Of a DNA stretch of 60,794 bases, positions 20,371 to 30,560 are shown in pieces. A model generated the notes under the pieces. That model did not search any database. It had not been told where the DNA came from and saw only the letters and a list, made by a program, of their open reading frames with translations. The stretch spans positions 1 to 60,794 of the forward strand of contig JBOGIR010000130.1 of NCBI GenBank assembly GCA_050742335.1. Direction: 5' to 3'. Position 1 is the first letter of the stretch. Every line of letters starts with the position of its first letter. Both the position numbers and the translations under genes were made by a program. Origin of the DNA: Vicinamibacterales bacterium (GTDB lineage: Bacteria; Acidobacteriota; Vicinamibacteria; Vicinamibacterales; UBA2999).

Positions 20371-23300
20371 CGTACAGCGTTCTGAATCACCCCGTTACCC
20401 AGGCCACGCGGTGTGTGACCCGCAGGGTCGTGGCGACGTGTGCCGTCATCGTCGCGGTGGCGTTCGTCACAAGTCTGTCGATCGATCTCGGTCCGTCGCT
20501 CAAGGCGCGTGCCGAGGCGGCGGCGTCGCAGTACATGGGCCGGCCGATGCACATCGGGCGCATGTCGGTGCACCTGTGGCTTGGCCGCTTCGTCATCGAG
20601 GACATCGTCATCGACGGGCTGACGCCCGAGTCGCGCCCGTTCCTCACGGCGCGACGCATCAATGTCTCGATGCCGTGGAGCACGCTCGTCAATCGCCGGG
20701 TCGTGTTCGACGCCATCGAGATGACCGACTGGCGGATGTACGTCGAAACGTTTCCGGACGGCCGTCACAACTTTCCGCGATTCACCCGCGAGAGCCGCGG
20801 CCCCAGCGCCTGGACCACCACGCTTCAGTATGTGAGGGCGCATCGCGGCGAGTTCACGTTCTTCGATCACGGTACTCCCTGGAACGTCGTGACCCGCAAT
20901 CTCGATGTGGTCGTGACGAAGCCGGCGTCGGAATACCGGGGACAGGCGCGGTTTTCGAACGGCACCGTGGTCATCCAGGACTTCGTGCCGATGCGCGCGG
21001 ACATGAGCACCACCTTCCACATCGTCGACGGCAAGGTGGTGCTGGATCGGATCGATCTGACGACCGATGGGGCGCAGTCGCAGCTGACTGGCGTGGTCGA
21101 TTTCGCGCGATGGCCCGAGCAACTGTATCGCGTCCGCTCGCATGTCGATTTCGCCAGGATGCGCGACATCTTCTTCGCCGATGACGACTTCACGGTTCGC
21201 GGTGAGGGGGAGTTCACCGGCACGTTCCACCTGTTCCGCGAAATCGTGAACGGCCGCGCTCGCACCGGTCGCGAGCTCAAAGGGATGTTCTCGAGCGCGG
21301 ACACCGGCGTCAACGCGTATCGGTTCGCCGACCTGCGCGGGTCGCTGCTGTGGGTGCCGGAGCGGTTCGAGGTCACCGACGCGGAGGCGGCGTTGTACGG
21401 CGGGTCGGCGCGGTTCGCCTACCGGATGGCGCCGCTCGGCCAGAGAGACCATCCGGCAGTTGCCAGCTTCGATGCCACGTACGAAGACATCGATCTCACG
21501 GAGTTCACCAACTTCCTCGAGCTCGATGGGATTCGGCTCGCCGGTCGCGCCACCGGCCGCAATCTGCTCGAATGGCCGCTCGGCCGCTTCTCGGATCACC
21601 GCGGCGACGGCGAGATCCGGTTCGACGCGCCGGCCGGCGTGGAGACGCTGACGCGCTTCATGACGGCGGCGCAGATCGATGAGGCCGAACGGCGCGGCCG
21701 TGAATGGGGACCGTTCGGCGCCCGGCCGCTCGGCGAGCCGGTGCCGATCGCGGGGAACCTGATTTACGCCTACGGCCCCGAGTGGGTGGACGTGGGTGTC
21801 AGTCACCTTGCCACGTCCGAGTCCTATGTCGAGTTCATGGGCCGCACCGCATATGGCGATCGCTCGCGGATCGAGTTTCACGTGACCAGTGCAGACTGGC
21901 AGCAGAGCGACCGTGTCTTTGCCGGCGTGCTCACGGCGTTCGGGTCGCGCACGGGCGTCATTTCGATCGGCGGGTACGGCACCTTCGACGGCGTGATGGT
22001 GAACAGCATCCGTCGCCCGCGCATCGAAGGCGTGTTTCGCGGCGAGCGTATGCGCGCCTTCGATGTGGTGTGGGGCTCGGCGACGGGCCGCGCCGTGATC
22101 GAGAACGCCTACGCGGACGTGACGAGCGTTGCCGTCCTCGACGGCGACTCCGCCATCCACGTAGACGGCCGCTTCTCGCTGGGCTTCCCGCGTCGTGACG
22201 GCGGCGAAGAGATCAACGCGCGCATTCGCGTCATCCGGCGGCCGGTGGCCGAACTGCGCCACGCCTTCGCGCTCGACGAGTACGACCTCGACGGGCGGCT
22301 GTCCGGGGAGTTCCACCTGTTTGGCGCGTATCGCAGGCCGTACGGGTTCGGGCAGATGGCGATCGTGGAGGGCGTTGCCTACCGCCAGCCGTTCGAGACG
22401 GCGATCTCCGCCGTGCGCCTGGAGGACAACGGCGTGCGGCTCGACTCGTTACAGATCGTCAAGACGGGTGGACGCGCCACCGGCGCGGCGTTCGTCGGGT
22501 ACAACGGCACCTATTCATTCAACTTGGATGGGCGCGGGATGCCGATCGAGAGCGTCGCGATGGCGACGTCGGCGACGGCGTCATCGTTCTCCGGACGGGT
22601 CGACTTCAGCGCCGGCGGCAGCGGCACATTCGACCGGCCGCGCTACGACGTGCGTGGCACGGTCAGCGACCTGTTCGTCGGCGACGAGGGCATCGGCCAG
22701 GTGGTCGCCGAAATCAGCGTCGCCGGCGACATGATGACGCTCAAGATCGAGGCGGCGTCGCCGCGTCTTACCGTGTCTGGCTCCGGCCGCATTGCCCTCA
22801 CGCCCGGGATGGAGGCCGATCTGTCGTTCAGTGTCGCCGACACGTCGCTCGACCCCTACGTCCGCGCCGTCAACCCCAATCTGTCGCCGTTCACGACGGC
22901 GATTGCCAGCGGCAATTTCCGCGTGGTCGGCCAGTTGTCCAACATCGATGAGCTGCTCGTGGATGCCACGGTCGATCGTCTGGACCTCAGGTTGTTCGAC
23001 TACCGGCTCCGGAACGCGGCGCCCATCCGCATCGCGCTCGACCGCCACGCGATCCGCACCGAGTCGATGCGGCTCGTCGGCGACGAAACGCAGCTCGACA
23101 TCAGCGGGGTCGTCAACCTGCACGACGAGCGCATCGCGGTGCGTGCGACCGGCGACGCCGGCCTTGGCCTGCTCCAGGGATTCGACTCGAACATCCGCAG
23201 CTCCGGGCGCGCGTCGCTCGAAGCGACGCTCGAAGGGCCGATGCGCGATCCCATCGTGACCGGCACGATGACCGTGGAGAACGGCCGCGTCCGCCACTTC

Positions 23301-24470
23301 GGGCTGCCGCACGCGCTCGAAAGCATCTCCGGCCCCGTGCGGTTCGACACGCGCAGCATCCGGCTCGATGAGGTCACCGCCCGGCTGGGAGGCGGGCTCG
23401 TCGAGTTCGGCGGCCGCATCGACATGGAAGGCTACCAGCCCACACGCATCGATGTGGCCATGAGGGGCGAGGGCATGCGGCTGCGCTTCCCCGAGGGGAT
23501 GCGGTCGCTCGTCGACGCGGACTTGAACGTGCAAGGGATGGTCGACGCGTTGGCGCTGTCCGGCACGGTAACGGTGCGGAACGCCGTGTATACGCGCGGG
23601 TTCGACGAACAGGGAGGCCTGTTCGATCTGACGGCGGCGGGCAGCGGCGGGTCGCCGGGCTCGGCGTCGCTGACGACGACGGAGCTCCCGGTGCGGTACG
23701 ACGTACGGATCGTGGTACCGTCGACGCTCGAGATCAGGAACAGCGTCGCGCGCGTCGTGGCGAATGCCGACCTGCAGCTGCGCGGCACCTACGACCGGCC
23801 GCTGCTGTTTGGACGCGCCGAGATCGACCGCGGCGAGTTCACCTTCGAGGGACGGCGGTACCAGATCACGCGCGGCACGATCGATTTCAACAACCCGACG
23901 CGCATCCAGCCGTTCTTCGACATCGAGACCGAGACGCGCGTCCGCGTGCCCGGGCAGACGTATCGCGTGGTGGCGCGCGCCGCCGGGACCTTCGACCGGT
24001 TGACGCCGACCTTCGAGGCCGACCCGCCGCTGCCGGAAGTCGAAGTGCTCAGTCTGCTCTTCGGGGACGTGGCGCCCGGACAGGACGTGGAGTTCCGCCA
24101 GTACAGCACCAACATCACGCCGCAGCAGCAGCTGCTCCGCGAGCGGGCCACGCGCGCGCTCACCGGTGCGCTGTCGTCGGAAGTGGGCCGCCTGGCGGAG
24201 CAGACCTTCGGCGTCGACACGTTCCAGTTGACGCCGTCGCTCGTCGACCCGAACACGCAGTCGTCCCGGCTCGATCCGGCCGCCCGGCTCACGATCGGCA
24301 AACGGGTCTCCGAGCGCATCTATGTGACGTATTCGCGAAGTCTCTCGTCGTCAACCCGCGATCAGATCATCCTGCTCGAGTACGATCAGACCGATCGGTT
24401 GTCCTGGATCCTCTCGCGCAACGAGGACCGGACCTACGCGCTCGACGTGCGGGTGCGACACGCCTTCTGA
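20367..24470 (+). CDS. tamB: TamB/AsmA-like translocation and assembly module protein
   Basis: Its GTG overlaps the upstream TGA. N-terminal membrane anchor VVATCAVIVAVAFVTSL, followed by about 1300 aa of repetitive beta-rich sequence. The C-terminus ...LTIGKRVSERIYVTYSRSL...ILLEYDQTDRLSWILSRNED is the DUF490 pattern. Confidence 0.8.
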   Translation: MTYSVLNHPVTQATRCVTRRVVATCAVIVAVAFVTSLSIDLGPSLKARAEAAASQYMGRPMHIGRMSVHLWLGRFVIEDIVIDGLTPESRPFLTARRINVSMPWSTLVNRRVVFDAIEMTDWRMYVETFPDGRHNFPRFTRESRGPSAWTTTLQYVRAHRGEFTFFDHGTPWNVVTRNLDVVVTKPASEYRGQARFSNGTVVIQDFVPMRADMSTTFHIVDGKVVLDRIDLTTDGAQSQLTGVVDFARWPEQLYRVRSHVDFARMRDIFFADDDFTVRGEGEFTGTFHLFREIVNGRARTGRELKGMFSSADTGVNAYRFADLRGSLLWVPERFEVTDAEAALYGGSARFAYRMAPLGQRDHPAVASFDATYEDIDLTEFTNFLELDGIRLAGRATGRNLLEWPLGRFSDHRGDGEIRFDAPAGVETLTRFMTAAQIDEAERRGREWGPFGARPLGEPVPIAGNLIYAYGPEWVDVGVSHLATSESYVEFMGRTAYGDRSRIEFHVTSADWQQSDRVFAGVLTAFGSRTGVISIGGYGTFDGVMVNSIRRPRIEGVFRGERMRAFDVVWGSATGRAVIENAYADVTSVAVLDGDSAIHVDGRFSLGFPRRDGGEEINARIRVIRRPVAELRHAFALDEYDLDGRLSGEFHLFGAYRRPYGFGQMAIVEGVAYRQPFETAISAVRLEDNGVRLDSLQIVKTGGRATGAAFVGYNGTYSFNLDGRGMPIESVAMATSATASSFSGRVDFSAGGSGTFDRPRYDVRGTVSDLFVGDEGIGQVVAEISVAGDMMTLKIEAASPRLTVSGSGRIALTPGMEADLSFSVADTSLDPYVRAVNPNLSPFTTAIASGNFRVVGQLSNIDELLVDATVDRLDLRLFDYRLRNAAPIRIALDRHAIRTESMRLVGDETQLDISGVVNLHDERIAVRATGDAGLGLLQGFDSNIRSSGRASLEATLEGPMRDPIVTGTMTVENGRVRHFGLPHALESISGPVRFDTRSIRLDEVTARLGGGLVEFGGRIDMEGYQPTRIDVAMRGEGMRLRFPEGMRSLVDADLNVQGMVDALALSGTVTVRNAVYTRGFDEQGGLFDLTAAGSGGSPGSASLTTTELPVRYDVRIVVPSTLEIRNSVARVVANADLQLRGTYDRPLLFGRAEIDRGEFTFEGRRYQITRGTIDFNNPTRIQPFFDIETETRVRVPGQTYRVVARAAGTFDRLTPTFEADPPLPEVEVLSLLFGDVAPGQDVEFRQYSTNITPQQQLLRERATRALTGALSSEVGRLAEQTFGVDTFQLTPSLVDPNTQSSRLDPAARLTIGKRVSERIYVTYSRSLSSSTRDQIILLEYDQTDRLSWILSRNEDRTYALDVRVRHAF

Positions 24471-24481
24471 CGCCCGCAGGT

Positions 24482-27394
24482 ATGCACGATGCAACCAGAG
24501 TTCTTGCCGCCCTGTGTTGCGTGCATCTTGCAGCGTGCTTCTCGAATATCACCGCTCGCGCCTCGGCGCAAAGTCCCCCGCTCATCACCGAGGTCCGCGT
24601 CGAACAGGAAAGCCGAACGGTTGACGACCGGCTGATCAGCGGGCTGATCGAAACAACGGTTGGTGAACCGCTGTCGATGCGCAAGGTGCGCGAGACGCTG
24701 ACGCATCTGACGAGCCTCAACCGTTACGAAGACATCCAGGTACTGCAGGAGCCGGCCGGCGCCGGCATCCGCCTGCGCTACGTGCTCGTCCCCCTGCATC
24801 CGGTCGATCGCATGGAGTTCCGCGGAACGCTGGGATTGCCGGAAGGCGAGGTCCGACGCGTCGTGACCGAACGTTTCGGGGCGGCGCCGTCGGCCGGGCG
24901 GGCGCAGGAGGTCGCCGACGCGCTCCAGCTCCTGTACCGCGAGCGCGGATACACGGCGGCGCGCGTGACACCGGGCATCGAGGAAACGCACGCGCCGGAT
25001 CGCGCGACGATGGCCTTCGACATTCAGTCCGGCCCTCGCGCCACGATCGGCCGGCTCGACATCGACGAAATCGACGCGGCCGATCGTCGCCTGCCGCCCG
25101 GCGACATCGAAGTCCGCGCCGGCGATCCGTACGACGGCACGGAGATCCTCGAGGCCCTGAACCGCTATGTGGCGTCGCTGCGCGGGCGCGGCTTCTACGA
25201 GGCGCGCGCCCTGCACACCGGCGTGTTCGAGACGAACGGGACGGCCACCGTGCGTGTCACCGTCGATCGGGGTCCGCTCGTCACCGTGGCGTTTGCCGGC
25301 GACCCGCTCCCGGAAGCCGACCGCGAGCGGCTCGTGCCGGTGCGTGCGGAAGGGTCGGCCGACGAAGACCTGCTCGAGGACGCCGTCCTGGCCATTGAAG
25401 ACTACCTGCGGGCGCGCGGCTACCGTGATGCCCTTACCGAGTACGCGCGGGCCGAGCGCGACGGGATGCTGATGATTACGTTCACGATCAATCGCGGGAC
25501 CCGCTTCCTCGTCGACAACGTGGCGATCACCGGGAACACCGCGGTGCCGACGGTCGAACTCCTGAAGCTCGTGCCGATCGCGACCGAGCAGCCGTTCGTG
25601 CAAACGGCCGCCGGTCGCGCCGCCACCGCGATGCGCGATCTCTACCGATCGCGTGGTTTCACGCGCGCCGCCGTGCAGGACAGCGTGATGGAGCTGTCGC
25701 GTGACGGCGAAGGGGCTGCGGACCATCGCGTGGCGCTGCGTTTCAACGTCGCCGAAGGTCCGGCGGCGCTGGTGTCGTCCGTGGCGTTCGAGGGCCATAC
25801 GGTTCTGACCGACGCACAGCTTCAGGCGCTGATGACGACCGGGCCCGGGCGGCCGTACTCGGAGATCGATGTCGTCACCGCCCGCGACCGCATCGACCTC
25901 GAGTATCGCAATCGGGGCTACGAAAGCGTCGTCGTAGAGCCCGATGTGTCGTTAGCGGAGAACGGCACCCGCGCCGACATCCGGTTTGCGATTGTCGAAG
26001 GTCCCCAGGTCATCGTCGATCACGTGATCATCGTCGGCAACGAGCGCACGAGTGTCGAGACGATCCAGCGCGAGCTGCTGCTGCGGCCGGGTGAGCCCCT
26101 CGGCTACTCGGCGCGCATCGAGAGTCAGCAGCGGCTCGCCGCGCTTGGTCTGTTCCGGCGTGTGGTGATTGAAGAGCTGCGGCACGCAGGAGAATCCAGG
26201 CGCGACGTGCTCATTCAGGTCGAAGAAGCGCCGCCGACCACCATCGGCTACGGCGGCGGCATCGAAGGAGGCACGCGGCTGCGACCCACCGGCGAAGGCG
26301 GCCAGGCCGAGGAGCGGTTCGAGCTCGCGCCACGCGGCTTCTTCGAGATCGGCCGGCGGAACCTGTGGGGCAAGAACCGCGCGGTCAACCTCTTCGGCCG
26401 CGTCAGTCTGCGTTCCCGCGATATCGTGCTGTCCGATACCGGATTGCGCCTCGCGGAGCTGGCCACGCAGAGCGGCTACGGGTTCAATGAGTATCGAATC
26501 GTCAGCACCTTCAGTGAACCGCGGATCCTCGGCAGCGGGGCCAACCTGCTGGTCATGGGCATTCTCGAGCAGGCGATTCGGTCCAGCTTCAACTTCATCC
26601 GGCGCCAGGCGCGCGGCGAGGTCGCCCTGCGGGTCACGCCGCGCTACAGCGCTGCCGCGCTCTATGCGTTCGAGCGCGCCGAGCTCTTCGATGAGCGTTT
26701 CACCGACGATGAGAAGCCGCTCATCGATCGCCTGTTTCCGCAGGTGCGCCTGTCGACCTTCTCCGGATCGCTCCTGCGCGATACGCGCACCGACATCGCC
26801 AACACAGAGGGCGGGTCGTTCATCGTCCTCACCACCGACCTCGCCGCGCGGATCATCGGGTCGGAAGTGGGGTTCATCAAGAACTACCTGCAGGCCTTCA
26901 AGTACGTTCGCCTGCCCGCGACGCGGCGGACCGTGCTCGCGCTGGGCGGCCGCCTCGGCGCCGCGCACGGGTTCCCGCGGAACGTCGACGGCGTCACGGT
27001 GCAGGACCTCCCGGCCAGCAAACGGTTCTTTGCCGGCGGCGACACCACCGTGCGCGGGTTCTCGTTGGATCGCCTTGGCACCGCGTCCACGATCAGCCCG
27101 TCCGGCTTTCCGACAGGCGGGAACGGCCTCGTCATCGTCAACGCGGAGCTGCGCGTCGGCCTGTTCGGGGCCTTCGACGGCGTCACCTTCTTCGATGCGG
27201 GCAACGTGTACGCACGCGCCCGCAACATCGACTTGACCGATCTGCGGCCTGCCGCCGGCGTGGGCGTGCACTATCGATCCGCGATCGGCCCGATCCGCGT
27301 GGAGCTCGGCTTCAATCTGGATCGACGGGAGCTGGTACCGGGAGTCCTCGAGCGACGCAGCGTGTTGCATATTTCGCTGGGGCAGGCGTTCTAG
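24482..27394 (+). CDS. bamA: Outer membrane protein assembly factor BamA (Omp85 family) with POTRA repeats
   Basis: 970 aa with a signal peptide. The POTRA-like repeats include I.EVRVEQESR.V.D.LI...VGEPLS. The C-terminal barrel ends ...GVHYRSAIGPIRVELGFNL...HISLGQAF, with a terminal aromatic residue. Confidence 0.85.
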   Translation: MHDATRVLAALCCVHLAACFSNITARASAQSPPLITEVRVEQESRTVDDRLISGLIETTVGEPLSMRKVRETLTHLTSLNRYEDIQVLQEPAGAGIRLRYVLVPLHPVDRMEFRGTLGLPEGEVRRVVTERFGAAPSAGRAQEVADALQLLYRERGYTAARVTPGIEETHAPDRATMAFDIQSGPRATIGRLDIDEIDAADRRLPPGDIEVRAGDPYDGTEILEALNRYVASLRGRGFYEARALHTGVFETNGTATVRVTVDRGPLVTVAFAGDPLPEADRERLVPVRAEGSADEDLLEDAVLAIEDYLRARGYRDALTEYARAERDGMLMITFTINRGTRFLVDNVAITGNTAVPTVELLKLVPIATEQPFVQTAAGRAATAMRDLYRSRGFTRAAVQDSVMELSRDGEGAADHRVALRFNVAEGPAALVSSVAFEGHTVLTDAQLQALMTTGPGRPYSEIDVVTARDRIDLEYRNRGYESVVVEPDVSLAENGTRADIRFAIVEGPQVIVDHVIIVGNERTSVETIQRELLLRPGEPLGYSARIESQQRLAALGLFRRVVIEELRHAGESRRDVLIQVEEAPPTTIGYGGGIEGGTRLRPTGEGGQAEERFELAPRGFFEIGRRNLWGKNRAVNLFGRVSLRSRDIVLSDTGLRLAELATQSGYGFNEYRIVSTFSEPRILGSGANLLVMGILEQAIRSSFNFIRRQARGEVALRVTPRYSAAALYAFERAELFDERFTDDEKPLIDRLFPQVRLSTFSGSLLRDTRTDIANTEGGSFIVLTTDLAARIIGSEVGFIKNYLQAFKYVRLPATRRTVLALGGRLGAAHGFPRNVDGVTVQDLPASKRFFAGGDTTVRGFSLDRLGTASTISPSGFPTGGNGLVIVNAELRVGLFGAFDGVTFFDAGNVYARARNIDLTDLRPAAGVGVHYRSAIGPIRVELGFNLDRRELVPGVLERRSVLHISLGQAF

Positions 27395-27396
27395 CG

Positions 27397-28119
27397 ATGA
27401 TGCGACGACATTCACTTCGACAGGCCACAGGGGCACAGAGGCACAGAGAACGATTAGCCAAAGAAACTCCGTGTCTCCGTGTCTCCGTGGCCTGTTTGGG
27501 CGACAGACGCTGCCCATGGCTCGTTACCGCAGTCTTGATGGTGTCGCTCTCGCCTCTGAGCGCCCAGCAACTGCTCGATCGCATCGTTGCTCGCGTCGAC
27601 GGCTCGGCCATCACGCTCACCGATGTGAAAGCTGCCGTCGCCCTGGGTATCGTCGATCTGCCTGCCGGTGCGGGCGAGGAGGCGGCGATCGAGCTGCTCA
27701 TCGAGCGGCAACTCATCCTCGCGGAGGTCGAACGGTTCGTCCCGCCCGAACCCATGCCGGCCGACGTTGCCCGGGAGGTGGCGGCGATGACCACGCGCGC
27801 CGGCGGACGTCTTGCCGCCGTGATGACGCAAACGGGACTGGATGACGCGCGGATCCGGGAAACGGCGCGCGACACCCTGCGCATCGAGGCCTACCTGAAC
27901 CAGCGCTTCGGGATCACGGCGCAGCTGACCGAAGAGGAAGTGGTGCAGTACTACCGCATTCATCCAGACGAGTTCACGCGTGACGGCCGTCTGATCCCGT
28001 TCGGCGAGGTCGAACCAGTCGCCCGTCAACGCGCGGCGGCCGAGCGCCGCGCGTCCATGATTGCGCAGTGGCTGCGCGACCTGCGGGGCAGGGCCGACAT
28101 ATCGAGCAGGCCGAAGTGA
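27397..28119 (+). CDS. SurA-N-terminal-like periplasmic chaperone without a PPIase domain
   Basis: LLDRIVARVDGSAITLTDVKAAV...LIERQLILAEVER resembles the SurA N-domain. The start is uncertain because codons 8-33 lie in repeat B1. A GTG near 27481-27487 would give a signal-peptide-like N-terminus. Confidence 0.5.
   Translation: MMRRHSLRQATGAQRHRERLAKETPCLRVSVACLGDRRCPWLVTAVLMVSLSPLSAQQLLDRIVARVDGSAITLTDVKAAVALGIVDLPAGAGEEAAIELLIERQLILAEVERFVPPEPMPADVAREVAAMTTRAGGRLAAVMTQTGLDDARIRETARDTLRIEAYLNQRFGITAQLTEEEVVQYYRIHPDEFTRDGRLIPFGEVEPVARQRAAAERRASMIAQWLRDLRGRADISSRPK
27421..27494. repeat. Family B palindrome (cacagagg / cctctgtg-type octamer arms), copy 1
   Basis: caggccacaggggcacagaggcacagag...ctccgtgtctccgtgtctccgtggcctg. 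The arms differ only by purine transitions. Confidence 0.8.
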
Positions 28120-28182
28120 CGGTTCCGCGATGTGCCCCGCATAGCAGTCTTATTCCCGGAGTTCAGTTGTGTTGCTAGTGAA

Positions 28183-28290
28183 TACGGACCACCGAGACAC
28201 CGAGACACCGAGAAACACTAATGATTCGCCTCGATGCCTCTGTGCCTCGGTGTTTCGTGATCATCAAGTGAAGTGAACTTCGGGATCAGG
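28183..28290 (+). repeat. Family B extended element, copy 2
   Basis: tacggaccaccgagacaccgagacaccgagaaacac...gcctcgatgcctctgtgcctcggtgtttcgtgatcatcaagtgaagtga. About 108 nt are alignable with 30561-30668. Confidence 0.85.
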
Positions 28291-28308
28291 CGCGCGGAGC
28301 GCGCCAAG
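28289..28308. repeat. Isolated copy of the family D middle hairpin
   Basis: ggcgcgc-gga-gcgcgcc-aag is identical to the central hairpin of D1 and D2. Confidence 0.7.
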
Positions 28309-28321
28309 AGATACTGTTCCC

Positions 28322-29059
28322 TCACGGTCCAAGCAGTGCGACGCGCAGCACCTCGAGCGCATTGAAGCCCGCGTGGCTGACCAGCGGCGCCACGCTGCTT
28401 CCTCGCCGCAAGTACAGCACTGCCCAGAACGCGCCGAGGAGCCCCGTGGTGACCACGGCGTCCCATCCCTGCACGATGTGACCGATGCCGAACGCGACGC
28501 TGAGCACGACGACCCCAACAACCGGGCCACCGAGGTGACGCGCGAACCGCTGCAGGAGAAAGGCGCGCTGCAGCTCCTCGCGCACGCCGCCGGCGAGGAT
28601 GGCGACGACGGCCAGGATCGTGGCCTGGCCCGGCGTGGCGGCAAGCTGCTCGAGCGGATTGGTCGGCACATTGTGGAGCCAGGGCGCCACCAGCCGCAAC
28701 ACGTTGAGCACGACCGCCACCATCAGGAATACGGCCGGGATGAGCAAGGCGCCGAACAGCGCTTCGCGTGTGACCGGCCGATCGCCACACCACAGTGCGG
28801 CGACGCTCTGGCCGTGCGCCCGCGTGAGCACGACCATCAGCCCGACCAGGAGGATCGTGTCGGCCACCGACAGGATCAAGACGAACGGCAACGAAAGCTG
28901 ACCGCTGGCGTCGACGGGGGCCAACCCGGCGAGTCGCAGGAGGGTGCCGAGAGCCACCTGTGTGGGCACGCTCGAACAGAGCAGGATTTCGGCGGCGGCA
29001 ACCGCGCGTGGCTGGGTTGGCGGGATTCGCGCGGGGGGGAGAATCGGCATGGATGCCAT
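28322..29059 (-). CDS. CPBP-family intramembrane glutamic endopeptidase (CAAX protease-like)
   Basis: 245-aa polytopic ORF. Motif 1 is GGVREELQRAFLLQRF (EExxxR), motif 2 is AFGIGHIVQG (FxxxH), and motif 3 is SHAGFNALE. Confidence 0.8.
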   Translation of the reverse strand: MASMPILPPARIPPTQPRAVAAAEILLCSSVPTQVALGTLLRLAGLAPVDASGQLSLPFVLILSVADTILLVGLMVVLTRAHGQSVAALWCGDRPVTREALFGALLIPAVFLMVAVVLNVLRLVAPWLHNVPTNPLEQLAATPGQATILAVVAILAGGVREELQRAFLLQRFARHLGGPVVGVVVLSVAFGIGHIVQGWDAVVTTGLLGAFWAVLYLRRGSSVAPLVSHAGFNALEVLRVALLGP

Positions 29060-29168
29060 TGGAAAGGAGAACCCGGCCAGAGCCCATGACCGGTTGAGCT
29101 AGACCGTGTAAAAATGACAGGGTAACATCAGCTTGCGTCGCGCCATCCCCCAACGCGGCTCAACAGGT

Positions 29169-30551
29169 ATGACAGGCACCACGTCCCGGGACCGCGTTCT
29201 GATAGTCGAGGATGACCCGACCACCCGCCTGGGCTTGACGGAGCTCGTCCGTACCTGGGGGTTCTCCACTGAAGGCGCAGCCGACGGCCAGGAAGCGCTC
29301 CAGCGTATCACGGCGTTTCGCCCGTCCATCATCATCAGCGACCTCGTGATGCCGCGCATGGGGGGGCTGGAACTGCTGCACTCCCTCAAGGAAGAAGGCG
29401 GCGACGTCACCATCGTCATCCTGACGGCGCAGGGCACGGTGGAGACGGCGGTCGAGGCTATCAAAGAAGGGGCCTACGACTACCTGACCAAGCCGATCGA
29501 GCCGCAGCGGCTGAAGATCCTGCTCGACAAGATCGTCGAGCGGCAGGACACCATCCGCGAGGTCAAGGTCCTCAGGCGTCAGCTGCGCGACTCCGGCAGC
29601 TTCGGGCGGATGATCGGTGCCGGTCCGCAGATGCGGAAGGTGTACCAGATCATCGAGCAGGCGGCGCCGACGGTGGCATCTGTCCTGACCTGGGGCGAGT
29701 CGGGCACCGGCAAGGAGCTCGTGGCGCAGACGATTCATCAGTTGTCGCCACGTGCGCAGGCGCCGTTTGTTCCCATCAATTGCGCCGCGATTCCCGAGAC
29801 GCTGCTCGAGAGCGAGATCTTCGGCCACGAACGGGGCGCTTTCACCGGCGCGCTGGATCGGCGGGAGGGGTGCTTCGAGCTGGCCGACCGCGGCACGTTG
29901 TTTCTCGACGAGATCGCCGAGATGACGCCGGCGACGCAGGTGAAGCTGCTGCGCGTCCTGCAGGAGCGGACGTTCAGGCGACTCGGGGGCCGTACGGAGC
30001 AGACCGTCGACGTCCGGGTGATCGCCGCCACCAACTCGAACCCGCTCGAGGCAGTGAAGAGCGGCAAGCTTCGCGAGGACCTGTACTATCGGCTGAACGT
30101 GTTCGCCATCGAGCTGCCGCCGCTGCGGCAGCGCAAAGACGACCTGCCGCTGCTGATCCAGTCGTTTCTGAGCGAGTTCAACGCGCGCAACAACAAGTCG
30201 GTGTCGGCGGTCGATCCTGTGGCCATGCGGGTCTTCGAACAGTACAACTGGCCGGGGAACGTCCGCGAGCTCCGCAACGTCATCGAGCGCGCGGTGATCC
30301 TGAGCGCAGGCCAGTTCATCGAGCCGAAACACCTGCCGCCGCTGGCCAGCGGCACAGCGGCCGCGGCGGCGTTGGCCATTTCGCTCGAACCCGGGGTGAC
30401 GGTGGAGGAAGCCGAACGGCGTCTGATCCTGCTGACGCTCGAACATACGCGCGACAACAAGACGCGCGCCGCGGAGATCCTCGGCATCAGTCTCAAGACC
30501 CTGCACAACAAGCTCAATCGGCTGAGAGGGCGGACGGCGGGGGAAGCATGA
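29169..30551 (+). CDS. NtrC-family sigma-54-dependent response regulator
   Basis: The receiver is VLIVEDDP...IIISDLVMPRMGG...DYLTKP. The AAA+ domain has [17 protein letters not shown] (ERGAFTGALD), LFLDEIAE and [17 protein letters not shown]. The Fis-type HTH is DNKTRAAEILGISLKTLHNKL. Confidence 0.9.
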   Translation: MTGTTSRDRVLIVEDDPTTRLGLTELVRTWGFSTEGAADGQEALQRITAFRPSIIISDLVMPRMGGLELLHSLKEEGGDVTIVILTAQGTVETAVEAIKEGAYDYLTKPIEPQRLKILLDKIVERQDTIREVKVLRRQLRDSGSFGRMIGAGPQMRKVYQIIEQAAPTVASVLTWGESGTGKELVAQTIHQLSPRAQAPFVPINCAAIPETLLESEIFGHERGAFTGALDRREGCFELADRGTLFLDEIAEMTPATQVKLLRVLQERTFRRLGGRTEQTVDVRVIAATNSNPLEAVKSGKLREDLYYRLNVFAIELPPLRQRKDDLPLLIQSFLSEFNARNNKSVSAVDPVAMRVFEQYNWPGNVRELRNVIERAVILSAGQFIEPKHLPPLASGTAAAAALAISLEPGVTVEEAERRLILLTLEHTRDNKTRAAEILGISLKTLHNKLNRLRGRTAGEA

Positions 30552-30560
30552 AGCATCCGT

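Noticed and set aside
19992-22316. Very long antisense ORFs. Examples are 19992..22316 (-), 16198..18117 (-), 33878..35806 (-), 48162..49973 (-), 53065..54522 (-), 10863..12263 (-) and 29160..30728 (-).
   Set aside because: Each lies opposite a gene with clear family motifs. Their translations are Arg/Pro/Gly/Ala-rich with no recognisable motifs. Long stop-free antisense frames are expected at this GC content.
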